Below the pieces are notes generated by a model, which saw only the letters and a program-made list of their open reading frames with translations, did not search any database and had not been told where the DNA came from. Below, piece by piece: positions 16,861-27,957 of a stretch of 64,000 nt of DNA. Where the stretch lies: the NCBI RefSeq assembly GCF_009914755.1, contig NC_060925.1. One strand, given 5' to 3'. Source of the DNA: the human T2T-CHM13v2.0 reference genome, Homo sapiens. How positions within the stretch are numbered: the first letter of the stretch is position 1; each line of letters begins with the position of its first letter. A program made the position numbers and the translations under genes.

Positions 16861-18479
16861 ATGATTATGATTAGGTGATAATTTGCTGATCCCATGTTAG
16901 AAGAAATATACATTGTACAAATTTATACTGAATTGTCAATTTATTTCAATGGTCATTTGCACTTAAAAGATAGAAATATTTTATCCAATTAAACCATTGA
17001 TATATTTTTAAAAGCATTTAGGAGGATTTTTTAATGTTCTAACTAAAACTTAATTACAACATATATGTTTCAACTACATTTAATATTAATATAGATAAAT
17101 TATATAAAACAGATAAATTATAAGCATTAAACATCTATAGTGGTAAATCTGGCTCTGACTGGATTTCTCTCTTCCCTCAGGAACAAGTATAAAGACTTCA
17201 TTGAATATATTTGAAAATTAAATGTGTAGGTATTTTAAATTCCTGGATATGGAAACTCTAATTAAGTAAACCTTCTCCATATATTTACATCCTTGGAAAC
17301 GTAAAAGTGTAAGGCAAAATTATATAGTATGTTCTCTACCAAAATGTTAAAAGATGCCCTTACTCTACATTCAATCAGGTTAATGTAAATTTTAATAACA
17401 TAACTAAAATATAGCAAGGTAAAGTTTCCAAGATGCTGGAAAGAGAGGGTCATCAATAATCTATTTGTAATTAATGCACAGTAAATGCATATATATTAAC
17501 TAAACAAGAAAGAATGAATAACAACGTTCACACTGCTATTATTTTCCCTCCTTCCTTCCTTCCTCTTTCCTTCCTTCCTTCCTTTTTTTCTTTCTTATTG
17601 ATTGATGCTGTTGACATTATCTACTTTTGAAACGTATCACATGTTCTATATGCAGTTTACAAATTAATAGTAATAGCAAAAGTGGTAATCTACTTAACAT
17701 CCTACCTACCCAAGATAAAGCATAGTTAATTGCCTGTATTTTAGAAGCTCCTATGTGCCCTTATTTAATCATATTGCCACCTGTCTCCTTCTTTTCTTTG
17801 TACTGTTTCTAACTATGTACATATCCTTAATAGCATAACGGTTGATTTTGAAAAGCATACGACAAAGACAAACCTAGTTGCAAAAGAGAATGACAATATC
17901 ACAGCTATTAAAGGACTGTTAAAAGAGTCCAGGAGACGGTAAGCTGAACAGAGTCTCTGGATCATAGTCTGACTTCATCTCCTTTGAGAGTTTCAAAGAT
18001 ATTCTTGGAAAGTCAGTGGATAAGGACATAAAAAGGTTCTGAGAAACATATAGCTTAGCAACATTGGGCCATATGACAGGCCTAGAATATAGGCTAAGTT
18101 TTGAAATTTCATAGGTAATATGGAGTCTCCTGCTTCTAAGCTCCAATGTCCTACCTCCTGCTCTTCAGTATAGCTCAAAGCAGACATCTGTGTGGGAGAA
18201 ATGAGAGTCATCAACTGATCCAAGCAACAGGATATAAACAACAGAGTAGGAACTTCATTAACAAAAGGTTAGATAAGCCAAGTGAAGATATGAATTTGAG
18301 TCAAGTTTACCATGGCATTTTGTTCTGAGGTTACAAAGCTAGTACCTAAAATGGCAAAGGGGACTTGGTGAGAATAGCCCTCATCAGATCTGTTTCTTAA
18401 GTCACCGGGTATAAATGTGGGCCCATAATCCTATATATCGGTTTGTGGCTCTTTATTCTCTATCCGTCTGGGAAATTCA

Positions 18480-19900
18480 ATAGAATATCCTTGTTTGCTC
18501 TCCTCTTTATGCAGTCCATGTCTTTTGCTTTCTTGTCTGTATTCTAGTTCTGAAAGAACACATCTTCAGTGGTGTTTTAAGAAAAGATGTATATGAGATA
18601 ATTTTCTAAAGAACCGTGTGTGCTTAAAAGTATTATTTGACATTTGCCTTTATTGGGTATAGAGTTTTCTTCATAATTTGAAACTCCAATATCTTTGTTA
18701 TTCTAGTGCTGCAATTGGACTCATTCTGATTCTTAATACTTTATATATGATCTGTGTTTTTATAAATCTCTCTCCATGAACTTGTATACTCTCATTTTAT
18801 CATCAGTGTTTAGAAAACCTGCAATGTGTAGATCTATTTCCATTCATCATGCTAGGCACTCAACCTGGCAACTGTTTATCAGTTCTATAAAAGTTTCTCA
18901 AATTCTTTCTCTGATAAAATCCCTTCTGATTTTTTCTTTTCTGTCTTTCAAGAACTCCTCGGACTATTGTACTTCTTTCTTCCATCTATATGATTTTTAA
19001 ATTTCATTTCTGGGAAATTTTCTCAATTTTATCTTCCTAACCTCCTATCAGAATTTTACTTTCTATTATGATAATTTTAAATTGCAAAAGTTTTTCCTTA
19101 TTCTCTTAATGTTTATTTCTTTAAATCACTCCATCATGTGAAATGGATAAATTGCCATGTCTTGTCTCACTGATAATGCTAATCCTAATGCTCTGTTCTT
19201 TCTTTTGAATATAATTCCTTGTCCTCTAAGATTAATTATGTTTTTTGTTTAGTTGCTTGTTCAGGCTCCTCTATACTTTACATGTTGTATGCTTTCTTAG
19301 GTTATTTGATTATTCTTTATTGTTTTCTCGTGTTTAAAAGTCTGAAAAGAGTTGACTGGGAGTCATGGATAAGTATGTGTGTGTGGGGGGAGCTGTTCTC
19401 AATATAATCTTGCTAAAGAGTTCTCTGACTAGGCTTTTTGTTGTTCTGGTGGTGGTAGTGTTGGTAACAATCAATGTCAATATATTTAGGTCTTTAATCT
19501 TGGTCTTGTGAATTCACCAACAAAATATTTTTTAGTTTCTGCCGGATTGATTCTGCATCCAGGATTCTGAGAACTTGATGGGGGCGTAGGGCTTGAGCTC
19601 TGAGAATTCACTATTTAATGTGAATAAGGTCACTTATTCCCTTTGTTTTCTCTCCAACACTAATATTCTCACATGCATCTAACAGTCCATAGTTCCAAAC
19701 ACTCTGCTTTGCCTTCTACATTAGCCTGGAGACAATGTAACTTGTGACCTATTTTTTTCTGGTAGAAGGGGCAAGAACTAGCTAACCATCTTTCTTACTG
19801 CTTCTCTTGGCTCTTGCTCATGTTGTGGACACTGAGGTTGGTTGTGATCTTGAATGAGAGCTATTTTACCCTTAAGGGTGTGACTCTCCTGGAGCCAGTA
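18480..19900 (-). mobile_element. HAL1-like ancient LINE fragment
   Basis: 'aagaaaagatgtatatgagataattttct...gggtatagagttttcttcataatttgaa...cattctgattcttaatactttatatatgatctg' is colinear with my recollection of the reverse-strand HAL1 consensus. Confidence 0.55.
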
Positions 19901-19948
19901 GCCCAGCCAATACTTCAGCTCACTTCCATGCCACCACCTTGCAGTGTA

Positions 19949-20260
19949 CAGTTGGCCTTCTGTATCCTGCAGGTTCAATCAGCCTCAGATCAAAAATATT
20001 TTTAAAAGTAAAATAGTGGTAATACAAGAATACGAAGTAATACAAATAAGAAACAATACAGTACAAAAATTATTTGCATAGCCTTTACATTATATTAGAT
20101 ATTAGACATAATCTGGAAATGATTTAAACTATATGGGAAGATGTGTGTAGGTTATATGCAAATACTATGCCATTTTATATAAGGCACTTGAGCATCCATG
20201 GATTTTGGTATCTTCAGGGGTCTTAGAACCAATCCTCTAAGGATACTGAGGAATAACTCT
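19949..20260 (-). mobile_element. MER2 (TcMar-Tigger non-autonomous DNA transposon)
   Basis: TA-flanked 'cagttggccttctgtatcc...ggatactgaggaataact' termini and internal 'aggttatatgcaaatactatgccattttatataaggcacttgagcatccatggattttggtatc'. Confidence 0.85.
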
Positions 20261-20494
20261 CTATGATTCTTCAGGTGACATGCCTGGGACCAAGAGCATC
20301 TCAACAGAGGAAGCTAAAGTCAGTCCTCCCTCAGATAACCATGCTATCCTGCCAAGATTATTCTGAAGTGGCAGCCTCTGAAGCAGTTCCCCAGAGTCTT
20401 AATTGGTGAAAAACGTATCTGAGAAACCTCCCTTCTTTAGGAATCAAGCCCAGAAAAGGGAAGGATGTAGACATAAATGTATTTGACAAACACG

Positions 20495-20747
20495 ATCAGA
20501 GCACTTACTGTCTACCAGGCATGGTTTTAAGTGCTTTATATTCAATTGCTTTGGCACTTAATGTTTACAACCATCTTATAAGAAAGCAACTTAAAAGGTA
20601 GGTATTACTATGACTAATATCACGGATAATAATGGGGTTGGTAATGAGGAAACTGAATCTCAGAATAATTTGACTCAGGCCATGGGTCTAATAAGTAGTG
20701 GGGCTAAGATTAGATCCTCATTCTAATCACTGTGCTATACTGCCTCC
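20495..20747 (-). mobile_element. MIR SINE
   Basis: 'gcacttactgtctaccaggcatggttttaagtgcttta...aatgaggaaactgaatctcaga...cactgtgctatactgcctcc'. Confidence 0.7.
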
Positions 20748-20809
20748 AAGCTTATCTCTGCTTTGTTTTTTCTTTGCTTTTTTTGTTATTTCTTTATGTA
20801 AGTCTTTAT

Positions 20810-21165
20810 ATTTTTTAAATATTTTTATTTCCATAGGTTATTTTGGAATTGGTGAGTTCTTTAGTGGTGATTCATGAGATTTTGTTGCACCCATCACCCA
20901 AGCAGTATATACGGCACTCAATTAGTAGTGTTTTATCCCTCGTCCCCTTCCTACACTTTCCCCTTGATTCCCCAAAGAGTATTGTGTCATTCTTATGCCT
21001 TCACATCCTCATAGCTTAGCTCCCACTTATGAGTGAAAACATATGATGTTTAGATTTCCATTCATGAGTTATTTCACTTAGAATAATAGTCTCCAATCCC
21101 ATCCAGGTTGCTGTGAATGCCATTAATTCATCCCGTTTTATGGCTGAGTAGTATTCCATTATGTG

Positions 21166-21205
<40 letters not shown>

Positions 21206-21233
21206 GGCACTTGGGTTGGTTCCACATTTTTGC
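20810..21233 (-). mobile_element. L1PB (L1PB1-like) 3' fragment containing (TG)n at ~21172-21202
   Basis: 'ccataggtta...gttctttagtggtgattcatgagattttgttgcacccatcacccaagcagt'. Minus-strand ORF 21016-21225 gives the ORF2 C-terminus MEYYSAIKRDELM. Confidence 0.85.
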
Positions 21234-22179
21234 TAGATTATATTGAGAACACCTCCCATACACATACATATCTACTTTGGCCCAATGCCTCCCACAATAC
21301 TCTCCCTTCCACTTTTTGCTGGGACTCACCTACCTTACATCAGTGGTCTTGTCATTCAGGCCTAGTACTTGTTATCTTAAGAGTGAATTCAGGCCTAGTT
21401 CTTGTTAAGAGTGAATGCACTAAGAAATCCTTTTCCTTTTTTGACAAAGCCAGGTTCTTATGATTACTATCTTGCTAAAGAAGTCCAGGAAGTCAACTAT
21501 GAAACCCAAAGCTGAACAAAGGTCTAGTTTTTAGAAATATTCACCCTCATCTTTCCTCACACAAAGCCTTAGGAAAGGAAGGCTTTAAAGCAAATATACT
21601 GCAAGTTACATAACTGCAATTATTTATTCTTATGATATTAGACAGAGAAATAAAAAATGACTCAGAATGGTATAGCATCATAAACACCATAAGGGGATAG
21701 ATAATTGAGATGGAGCATGTGATTTAGTTTAAACATGGGTTAGGGAGAGAGCAGATTAATATAATTCTCTTACAGCTGGTAACAGATGATTACTATCGTG
21801 CTAAAAGAGGAAGGGAGAGTATTTTGAGAAGTCCATAGCTGAGTAATGAAAAAGAGTCTCTAGTCAATGGTGAGATAATAAGTAAGAGAAAGAGGCAGTA
21901 GGCATGTATGGCACATTCAAGATACTTAACAATGGAAGAGAAGATAAATTCACACGTAGAAAATCAGGTGTCGAACATTATATAAATTCAAATGTGTTCT
22001 GACAAATAAATGTTTTATATCTGAGAAAAACAACTACTGACAAAAATAAAATCTGGTTTTAAATGCTCAGCAGCTGCAAACCTAATTGTTCTACTTCAGT
22101 AATTATCTAACCATCCCCCTCAAGTTTTCTTTACATCCTTTTCCCTTTAAACACTTGTATGTTTAAAAGGGGCATGTTA

Positions 22180-22574
<395 letters not shown>

Positions 22575-23127
22575 TTAGTTTGCCCAGATTTTTCATGGTG
22601 CTTAATGAAGCACCAATTTAGAAGACTAATGAGAACATTTATAATTTGGGCTTGACATTACTATGCTAAAATTGACTACTTAATTATCAAATTAATTTAA
22701 TGATTATAACCGTAGTTTTACACAATGTTTATGATGTAAACATTTGGGGACTTTTAACTATAAAAATGCTTAATTTCTCTAAACTGTTCCAATGTGTAAA
22801 GAGCTATGAAATTTGAAAGGTCTAAGAAACATGCCAACAGCTATAAAATAAATATATACCCTTGATATAGTGCTACAATGTGTACAGCACAATTGCCTTT
22901 GTAATATCATTTGCCCTTGGATCTCAGTTGTGTTTCCCATATTTGATGTACCTTAAAACTCAGTGGTGTCTCAACAATAGCTGGCTGGGCATGAGGTGGT
23001 AACAGTAACATTTCACGACAATTATGGTAAGAACAGCTTTCATGAAAGGTTGCTGCCTGAAGTTAGCAAACCCCTAATGACTTGTTAGCAGTTGAAATTT
23101 ACTATCCTATTATTAAAGAGGAAGAAA

Positions 23128-23148
23128 ACACACACACACACACACACA
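23128..23148. repeat. (CA)n microsatellite
   Basis: About 10 CA units. Confidence 0.9.
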
Positions 23149-23184
23149 AAGGCTAACCAAACGACAACAACAAAATCTAATTTG

Positions 23185-23259
23185 CTTGGCTCTTGAGACA
23201 GAAGCCTTGCCAATGCCCCCGGCCGAATAAACCCCTTCCTTCTTTAAAAAAAAAAAAAA
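23185..23259 (+). mobile_element. 5'-truncated polyadenylated retrocopy of an ERV LTR R region (LTR2/HERV-E-like)
   Basis: 61-nt GC-richer insert with AATAAA at 23226-23231, an A14 run, and a perfect 13-bp TSD aaaatctaatttg (23172-23184 / 23256-23268). Confidence 0.8.
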
Positions 23260-23514
23260 TCTAATTTGATTAACATTCTGTGGACAAGTCCATATAATGC
23301 TGTCAAAACAATAATGGAACAAAAGAATATTTTTCTTCTTTCTTCTTAAGTTTAATTGAAACCTGAATTATCCCAGACAGATTTTTACCCCCTTTTCTTT
23401 AATCAATTTCAGCCTAATTAATTCTTCTGTTGCTGAGTCTTGTTACATTAGTCTGCTGATTATTTCCACGATCAAGAGGCTGTATATTAATGCATTTTCT
23501 TTCCATTTTTACCC

Positions 23515-23955
23515 CTTTTATTTTTAGGTGACACAATGATTGTACATCTTTTTGGAATACAGTGTGATATTTCTATAAGCGTGTACAATGTATAATGATC
23601 AAATTATGGTAATTAGCACATGTATCACCTCAAAACAGATACACAGGCCAACATTTATCATTTCTTTGAGTTGTGAACACTCAAAACCCTCTCTTCTAGC
23701 TGTTTGAAAATATACAATACATTAAAACTAACCATTTTACCCTTGTGTTGTTGAACACCAGAACTCATTCCTCCTATCTACCAGTAATATTTTATCTGTT
23801 AAGCAAACTCTCATCATTCTCCCCTCCTAAATACTCTTCACCGCCTCTAATACCCACTATTTGATTCTTTACTTCCATGAGCTCAATTTTTTTCATGTCC
23901 CACATATGAATGAGAAGGTGCAATATTTATCTTTCTGTGCCTGACTTACCTCACA
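23515..23955 (-). mobile_element. L1MA (MA5-MA7-like) 3' end fragment
   Basis: 'tacagtgtgatattt...tgtataatgatcaaattatggtaattagc...cccacatatgaatgagaagg'. Minus-strand ORF ends EVSQAQKDKYCTFSFICG. Confidence 0.8.
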
Positions 23956-24760
23956 TATATTCCAGGCTCTGTCTTTAAGGTAAATTTCTAGCAAGGTTAT
24001 TTCTGCATCAAAAAGTAAATGCATAAAAATGCAAAAAGTAAATGCAAAAAAAAATGCTTTTCTAGATATTATCAAATTCTCTTTGAAAGGGATTCCACTA
24101 TTTTGGCACTTCACAAACAATGTAAATGAATGCTGATTTTTGCACCAATTAACCAACAGAGAGAAACTTCTAACTTTCTTGAATCCCAGGTGGGCATGTT
24201 ACCCTTTAATACATAAATCAGACCTTCTTTCATTTTCAGAAAGTTATCTTAGATTACATTTTAAACTAAGGTTGCCTTATGTTGTGTTTTTCTTATTTGG
24301 GCATTCTAATGAAGTGTATGCTGAATTTCTTTGCTTAGCTTCTTTATTGATCACTTTCTCATTGATCATTTAAAAAATATATTTTTTTTCATTTTCACTA
24401 ACTTGACTATTTTTGTTTATTTCTTCAAGTTCCCTTTTATACTATTAGCTAAATCTATTATCTTATTGGCATGTGGTAATTAAGACTTCATTTCTTTGAT
24501 AATTTTGAATTTTTTCTTAAGATTCTTTCAGGTTGAATCAGATCTCTTTTTATAATATAGCTTTTAATATCTGTGTCTGTTCTGAGCTTTTTATTTTCTG
24601 ATATGAAATGCTTTAACTCATATTTTAAAATACTTGTTAAGATAATTAATTTAAATTGGAGTGCTATGTTACAGATTTCTATTGCCTCATGTTTTTATGT
24701 AGGGACATTTTTATTAGTCAAAATGTTATGATTCTCATTATCTTTTTTCTTTTTGGTAAC

Positions 24761-25140
24761 TACTGTAGTTTGGATATGATTTGTTTGTCCCCAACAAATC
24801 TCATGTTGAAATTGGATCCCCATTGTGGTGGTGTTGGGAAGTGGGGCCTATGGTAGGTGTTTGGCTCTTGAGGGTGGATCCATCATGAATAGATTAGTGC
24901 CCTCCCTAATTGGAGGCAAGTGAGTTCTCACTCTATTAGTTCCTGTAAGAGATGGTTGTTACAAAGGGCCTGGCATTCTCCCAACCTCTTTTTCTTCCTT
25001 TCTTACCATATAAGGCCCTCACCAGGTGCTCAATTTAGAACTTTCCAACCAGCAGAAACATAAGCTAAATAAACCTCTTTTCTTTATAAATTACTCAGTC
25101 TTAAATATTCTTTTATAGCAACACAAAAAGGATTAAGACA
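24761..25140 (+). mobile_element. MaLR solo LTR (MSTB1-like) with an internal deletion
   Basis: 'tactgtagtttggatatgatttgtttgtccccaacaaatctcatgttgaaattggatcccc ... gcaacacaaaaaggattaagaca'. Exact 5-bp TSD gtaac (24756-24760 / 25141-25145). Confidence 0.88.
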
Positions 25141-25167
25141 GTAACATTATATGGATGTTACTTTGTC

Positions 25168-25217
25168 AGAGAGATAGAGAGAGAGAGAAAGAGAGAGAGA
25201 GCCAGAGCAGAGAGAGA
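25168..25217. repeat. (GA)n microsatellite
   Basis: Interrupted GA run. Confidence 0.85.
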
Positions 25218-25289
25218 TATTGAGGGCTTCTGGAATGTGGCTATATGTATAAATCATGAATTGCCCCACAAGGATTTCTAGTGGTGATT

Positions 25290-27300
25290 TGAAGCTATTT
25301 ACCAGGGAAATTGTGCACTGGGGAAAAGAAAATACACAGAACTTCTAGGCAGTATTAGATACTGGCTCTGAACTGTTGCTAATACCTGGAGACCAAAATG
25401 CAAATATGGTCTGTCAGTCTGACTGTGGGCTTATAGAGGCGAGGCTATAGATGAATTATTGGCTTAAGTCCTTCTCCTTCTCATGGAAAGTTCAGTAGAA
25501 CTATTGTCTCAGCTTCTGATTATTCTCCAGGTCCAGAATATTTAGTGGAAAAGGATGTACTGGGTGCCTAGTAAAATATACACGTTGTTTCCCTAATTTT
25601 TGAATGTGGAACTATTATAACATGAATTGTTAAGTGGGAGTTCCTAGAACAATCTCTGCTACAGATAAATAAATACCGCATCTCTAGGGAGGTTGATTAG
25701 ATTATGCAGGCCTGGTGTTTCTAATCACCTTGCCTTTTGGCCTCTACTTAAGCAATGAGTGATGAAGACTGACTATATATATTTTTTTTATTATTATACT
25801 TTAAGTTTTAGGGTACATGTGCACATTGTGCAGGTTAGTTACATATGTATACATGTGCCATGCTGGTGCGCTGCACCCACTAACTCGTCATCTAGCATTA
25901 GGTATATCTCCCAATGCTATCCCTCCCCCCTCCCCCCACCCCACCACAGTCCCCAGAGTGTGATATTCCCCTTCCTGTGTCCATGTGATCTCATTGTTCA
26001 ATTCCCACCTATGAGTGAGAATATGCGGTGTTTGGTTTTTTGTTCTTGCGATAGTTTAAAACAGTTTAATCAGGTAGTAGTGTCAATATTCCTTGTTCCA
26101 GATGTGATATTCTAACTAGAGCCAATCAACATCAGCCTTGATGCCTAGTGTATAAATCCTAAAGTGCTTTGTATTTATCCCATACCTATCACTAAAGAAA
26201 ATTAGATGCATTTTGTATTAATGGGGCAGATACAAGTCTCCTTTATTGTCTTAGCTTGAGGCTATGTTAGCTCTCTGGCTTTCTTTCATAATATAGTTAA
26301 GTGCTGTCTTGATTATCATTATATTCAACAGAACAACACATTGGTTCATTACATTTATGATATTATTTCAGTTGTAACTGGTGGACAGGAAAGAGCAAAC
26401 ATCCCAGATGCTTGTAAGGCACATGCGCAAGAGATGGAAACATAATTTCTGTGAAAATACAGGGCCATGGCACAACTGTGGTTTGTAAGTACCCAGTGGT
26501 CTTCAGCATGTTGACATATTCTTTCAAAATGTATGTTAATAGAAAATAAATACAACACTTGATGGACCTCTTTGGATTTTAGAGACAATGCATAGAATAT
26601 TTGTCGTATGACTCTGACCTATTTTCTGGATGTTTTATAAGGCTGCTGGTTTTTATACTTCTCAGAGCAAGAAATGGGTCTGCATGACATATGGCTGCAG
26701 TATAAGCTACTCTGACACTTGGGGATTATGAGCTGGAAGTTCCAAGTGTCTGTGGTAGATACTGTATAGCAGGAGTCAATATTAGAATAATAGCCCAGTG
26801 TCTGAGGCATTTGTAGGAAGGCCATATCCTATTCTGACAATAAATTTTGTTCATTAAAAGCAGTTCTTGGTTTGCTACTGGAACACAAAGTGACTATGCA
26901 CCCCCAATTGCCCATTATGAACTGAATATTATCTGATCTACCCAACCATAAAATTGAATGTGCATAGCAGCATTCTGCTGTAAAATGGAAATGGTATGTA
27001 AAAGACGGAGACTGAGCAGGATCAGAAGGAATGAGTAAACAGCACTGGCAGGTGGCTCAGACTTCATATCTGCTTCCTCTGCTGTGCTGGTTCTTCTTCA
27101 ACTCATACCTTTGGTCCCATACAAAGTCAAAGTTACCTATGACTAATTAAAGAAGAAGAAAAAACTGAGGCCTGATTTATGAATGCAGCTGCATAGTGTC
27201 TTGGCACTAGCTAGAAGTGGCAGCCAATCCTTTACAGTCCTACCCTGAAGAAGCTCTAAAAATGTGGTGAAGAGAAATATTCCCAGTGGGCAGAGATTTC
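25290..27300 (+). pseudogene. Decayed class III endogenous retrovirus (ERV-L group) internal pro-pol segment
   Basis: Protease motif VLDTGSELLLIPGD at 25352-25393. RT remnants DY..NQVV and PDV..LE.IN, plus LVHYIYDII at 26341-26367 (degenerate YIDD). Many stops. Confidence 0.8.
25777..26058 (-). mobile_element. Young L1 3' fragment (L1PA2-like, ~280 bp) inserted in ERV-L pol
   Basis: Near-consensus L1HS/L1PA2 3'UTR with CpGs retained. 'taactcgtcatctagc' gives GAG rather than the Ta ACA diagnostic. Confidence 0.9.
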
Positions 27301-27632
27301 TATGGCTAATATGGTATCATACAAAATAGTTTTCCTACCATAAAATATCTTCTATACTTCAATTATTCACCCGTCTTCCCCTCCACCCAATCTCCTGGCA
27401 ACCATTGATGTATTTTTTTTTCTTCTTTTCTATCACAAAAAAAATGATATTTGTATTTGTGCTCAAATATATAGATTTTTCCATCACACTGACAGACAGA
27501 GGATTGTTTTAATAGACAATCGTAGGTCTATACAATGATGTCATTAAAATGATGTTTGTGTGTTCAATAATAAAAAACATACATATGCTAAACTGTAAAG
27601 AGAATAAGAGATTTTAAAATACTGTTTATATT

Positions 27633-27660
27633 AACAGCAATTACTTTTGCACCAACCTAA
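27633..27660 (-). mobile_element. Solo Hsmar1/MADE1 inverted terminal repeat
   Basis: Reverse complement is TTAGGTTGGTGCAAAAGTAATTGCTGTT, the Hsmar1 ITR with one mismatch; no partner ITR nearby. Confidence 0.8.
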
Positions 27661-27957
27661 TGTGTATTCTATTTTCATGATAATAAATATATATATTTAT
27701 ATGCTAAAAAAGGTTATAGCTAGTGAGGTTACAGGTTATTTTTACTCATTTTCATTTTGCTGGTCCTTTTTTTTCTAAATTTGGTACAACAACCACATAT
27801 TACTATTTTTAGTTACTTTTATAATAGGAAAACTAGTATTTTTAAGTTGACTCTCACATAATAAATGGGAACTTGTGAAATATGCAGGGTACCAGGAAAT
27901 CTAGCCAGATGAAGAATACAGTAGAAGGGTAATTTGTGTGTGTATTTTTATCATCCT

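Noticed and set aside
17870-18440. Higher-complexity segment as a possible exon or ERV internal fragment
   Set aside because: I found no motif, coherent ORF or paired splice sites that I can support; it needs a Dfam search.
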